A stretch of 55,883 nucleotides of DNA, the filler included, from Platydemus manokwari (Eukaryota), in NCBI GenBank assembly GCA_037951405.1. It is 4 parts of 4 records of this genome, joined end to end, with 100 filler letters (N's around TTAATTAATTAA, not from the genome) between each part and the next. Parts side by side here need not be neighbours in the genome. Positions count along the whole stretch, not along the records: positions 38,353 to 55,883 come from JBBMOY011011080.1; 3 more parts are not named here. The stretch is one strand, 5' to 3'. Both the position numbers and the translations under genes were made by a program. Shown in pieces: positions 53,101 to 55,883 of the stretch. The notes beneath the pieces are model-generated. The model searched no databases, was not told the origin of the DNA, and saw only the letters and a list, made by a program, of their open reading frames with translations. The first letter of the stretch is position 1, and the number at the start of each line of letters is the position of its first letter.

Positions 53101-53652
53101 CTTCTGGTGGAGTAAATATTGCTCCTGTTCCGATTGAAGATCGAATCAAAGAACAATTACCATTCATAAGTAATGTAATGATCATTGGTGATCACAAGAA
53201 ATTCTTATCTTGTCTTTTAACTTTAAAAGTAAAATCGAAATGAGTTATTACAGTACTAGTTTATTGTATTAATATAGACGGTTATGAATACTGAAAAACA
53301 AGTTCCTACAGATGATCTTGCTCCCATAACTATCATCGAATTAGGTAAATTTGGTTTACACTACACGAAAATTCATCAAATTGTGGAAAAAACTGATCCC
53401 ATTCTGCACAAATCTATCGATGAAGCTATAAAGCAAGTAAATACATTTGCTGTATCAAATGCAGCAAAAGTTCAAAAGTGGTTAATTTTACCCAATGATT
53501 TTTCAATTGGTGGAGGAGAATTAGGTAAAAGATGAATCTTTGATTGATTTCATATTTATTTCTTATTCATAGGTCCATCAATGAAACTCAAACGAATGGT
53601 GATTACGGAGAAGTATTCGACATTAATAGATTCTTTATACTCATCTGTTTGA
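50136..53652 (+). CDS. acsbg: Long-chain fatty-acid-CoA ligase, bubblegum (ACSBG) family, about 647 aa, 11 exons
   Basis: Exons 50136-50193 (least certain), 50451-50668, 51461-51766, 51811-51960, 52005-52199, 52283-52377, 52440-52662, 52808-53039, 53089-53228, 53278-53524, 53573-53652, all phase-consistent. Motifs: [94 protein letters not shown]. Confidence 0.93.
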
Positions 53653-54519
53653 CAAAGATTTGAGATTTATCTAAACATCTTTGACAAATCATTTTAATTA
53701 AGTCAAAATTTATATGCTGATTTGATTGGAATGCCTCTGCGATTTCTCTCTCTAGTACCAATTATTTACAATTGATTGATTATTACAATGGGTAGTTATA
53801 AATCTATTTAGAATTATAATCTTATTTCTTCAAAAACCTATAATAATAACTGATAAGGGACTTGTAGAATCCATATGATGCTTTAATTTACGTGTCATGT
53901 TTCATTCTCATTCCTTATTTATACGATGCTAGGAACTCACAAAATTCGAAAATCATTTTACAAATTTTTCCACTATTTTTATATTTGCGATCTGTTTCTT
54001 CCGGTTTTCTAATTTAATGTCACATATTCTATACTTAGTTTAAAATTAAAATAAACAATTGATCTTAATTAATAAAAAAACTACTTGAATTGGCTCTTCT
54101 GGTGGGATTCTTTATGGCTGACTTTACTTGGGTTTGTATCCCTACCAGATTTTCTGATTTGGCGAAAACAATAGCCTAAGTATATTTTGTGCTTTGATTA
54201 GTCATTTTTTCTCTCATATTTCAATAAGAAGACCTCCGAACTTTATGACAACCAGAATTTTACAATAAATAATACTGAAATAATATAAGAAAGAATGCTG
54301 CCATTATTTCCTGATTAGCAGCTTGTCTGCATTTCAATATTCTCAGAATCGCTTGTGTTTTTCCTTTCCAATAGGATTCTTCTCACCACCTTACAAGAAT
54401 CTCATCATTTCAAAATAGTTTTTCTTGTTTAGAAAAATCTGTTTTTAAAATAATTTCTTTTATTATTATTAACTTTTGAATTACTTTCATAAGAACAATA
54501 TCCACAAAGAGTAATTCAG

Positions 54520-54800
54520 TATCAGTACTGGGAAAATATAGACAGACTGGTGCTCTACGCAGACAGTAAAAATATTGAGAGTGCATCGGAAGTAGAAAAA
54601 ATACCCATCATCTTGAGCTCATACGGTGTATGATAAACGAAAAATACCGATTCGGAGAATCATAGTCTGATAAATAAAAAATCGAAAAATGAAACCCAAG
54701 CATAGTTTAAAAAGGGCTGGGAGACAAAAAACAAAAAAGACATAAGGCAAGAAGAATTGGAGCGTGAATTCAATGCACGAGGTCAAAACACAACAAATCC
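54520..54800 (+). mobile_element. Possible decayed Gypsy gag N-terminal fragment
   Basis: YWENIDRLVLYADSKNIESASEVEKIPIILSSYG, then after breaks LEREFNARGQ. These resemble the W...F.LY...K.AILL..G and ER..F..R.Q motifs of Gypsy gag. Confidence 0.3.
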
Positions 54801-55225
54801 AAATCTTCAAATTCCTTCGAGACCTACATATGAAATCAATATACATTTATAATTTGACTTGATATATATTAAAATCAATCAACCAAAAGGATTATACTTA
54901 TTTGAAACCCAAATTATCAGATTCTAAACTTTATAATGAAACTTATTAAGGTGAATGGTGTGTTCTTACAGTCCCCGTAAGATAACTGTGGGGATAAATA
55001 GTAAATTGCAATTTAATATTTTTCCTATTTAAATAAACGATTTGTAATTAAAATATAACCTGGTGTCGTGATTTTTCAGTTCGTTTTGAATGCGTGCCTT
55101 TCTAAATAATAATGGTTTACATGACAACCATGCTGTTCTATTCAATTCGGATAATTTCTGTGGTATGGAATTATGGAAGAGAATGAATATATAGAGTAGT
55201 TGTAGATAATATATAAAGAAGAAAA

Positions 55226-55883
55226 GGTAATCCTTACTTTTAGGTACTTTTATTATTACATAATAAATAAGGTACTTTTATTATTTTAACATTGTTTAAA
55301 TTTGTTAAAATTTTAAAAATGCCCGGGAAAACCCCAGCACCACGAACAATTATTGATCCTATGCAAGTTTTGTTACCGCGTCTCAGGAATGAAGCGTTCA
55401 ATATGTCGTCGCTGTTACCGGAGATATCGGACACTGTTGACTGTATGCAGTGGCTGGCTAAACGCCGTTTAATACGGAATTCGTTTACTTGTCCGACATG
55501 TCGTCAGCTGTGTAACTTAACCGTACATGGAAGGAGTATTGACGGGAAGCGATGGAGATGTCAAATGTGTAATACGCAGAAATCTGTCAGAGACGGTTCG
55601 TTTTTTTCAGGTAGCCATCTGACGCTGAAACAGATAATAATACTTGTGTATTGTTGGGCACACGACATGCCACAGAAGCACATCATCCACGAAACTGCAG
55701 TCAGTGAACGAGCCATTGTTGATTGGTGCAATTTCATGAGGGAGGAATGTCAGGTGTGGCTGACTAACAACAATGACCAAATCGGCGGAATGAACGAAAA
55801 TGGACTATCGATCATTGTCGAAATTGACGAATCAAAATATTTCCTTCGTAAATACCACCGTGGGCAATGGCGTCATGGACACT
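55226..55883 (+). mobile_element. Merlin (IS1016/IS1595-like) DNA transposon, left part
   Basis: Candidate GG-starting left end at 55226 or 55243. The 16-nt direct repeat AGGTACTTTTATTATT occurs at 55242 and 55270. The transposase ORF follows, and the right end lies outside the window. Confidence 0.8.
55319..55883 (+). CDS. Merlin transposase, 3'-truncated by the window (188 open codons; not in the ORF track)
   Basis: MPGKTPAPRTII...CMQWLAKRRLIRNSFTCPTCRQLC...DGKRWRCQMCNTQKSVRDGSFFSGSHLTLKQIIILVYCW...IVDWCNFMREEC...IGGMNENGLSIIVEIDESKYFLRKYHRGQWRHGH. It has a C4 zinc ribbon, an HTH-like region and the first catalytic Asp (VEIDES), with no stops. Confidence 0.92.
   Translation, partial: MPGKTPAPRTIIDPMQVLLPRLRNEAFNMSSLLPEISDTVDCMQWLAKRRLIRNSFTCPTCRQLCNLTVHGRSIDGKRWRCQMCNTQKSVRDGSFFSGSHLTLKQIIILVYCWAHDMPQKHIIHETAVSERAIVDWCNFMREECQVWLTNNNDQIGGMNENGLSIIVEIDESKYFLRKYHRGQWRHGH

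Noticed and set aside
925-54846. Many 60-100-aa F/I/L/K/Y/N-rich ORFs (e.g. 925-1149, 15629-15859, 29750-29953, 30556-30798, 47312-47596)
   Set aside because: This composition is what AT-rich non-coding DNA gives by chance, and there are no motifs or splice support.
55240-55434. 64-aa minus-strand ORF
   Set aside because: Antisense shadow of the Merlin transposase start.

Overview
This is AT-rich animal genomic DNA with many very short GT-AG introns (43-52 nt). Gene content and intron style fit a free-living flatworm (planarian-like), which is inference only. The window is four contigs joined by identical artificial 100-bp spacers (N44-TTAATTAATTAA-N44), so adjacency across the spacers is unproven. 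Spliced by hand, it holds six host genes: (1) a 2-exon, 80-aa secreted peptide gene at 1595-1885 (+) that is absent from the ORF track; (2) a hillarin/KY-like pseudo-transglutaminase with Ig-like repeats (-, 5' end missing); (3) a KNDC1-like REM+RasGEF gene (+, 5' end missing); (4) the first four exons of ift88, with an upstream X-box; (5) a complete RING-less MEX3-family KH protein (-); (6) a complete 11-exon bubblegum-type acyl-CoA synthetase (+). Mobile DNA includes Gypsy integrase and gag relics, a solo LTR with TSD, and three hAT/Charlie-type pieces, one of which interrupts a TRAF-like pseudogene. There are also two different Merlin (IS1595-family) transposases: a decayed intron-containing copy, and an open intronless copy running off the window end. 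I found no rRNA, tRNA or CRISPR, and no convincing multi-gene novel system. The best novelty candidates are the small secreted peptide gene, the two Merlins, an orphan X-box pair and a long TGA-interrupted frame opposite ift88.
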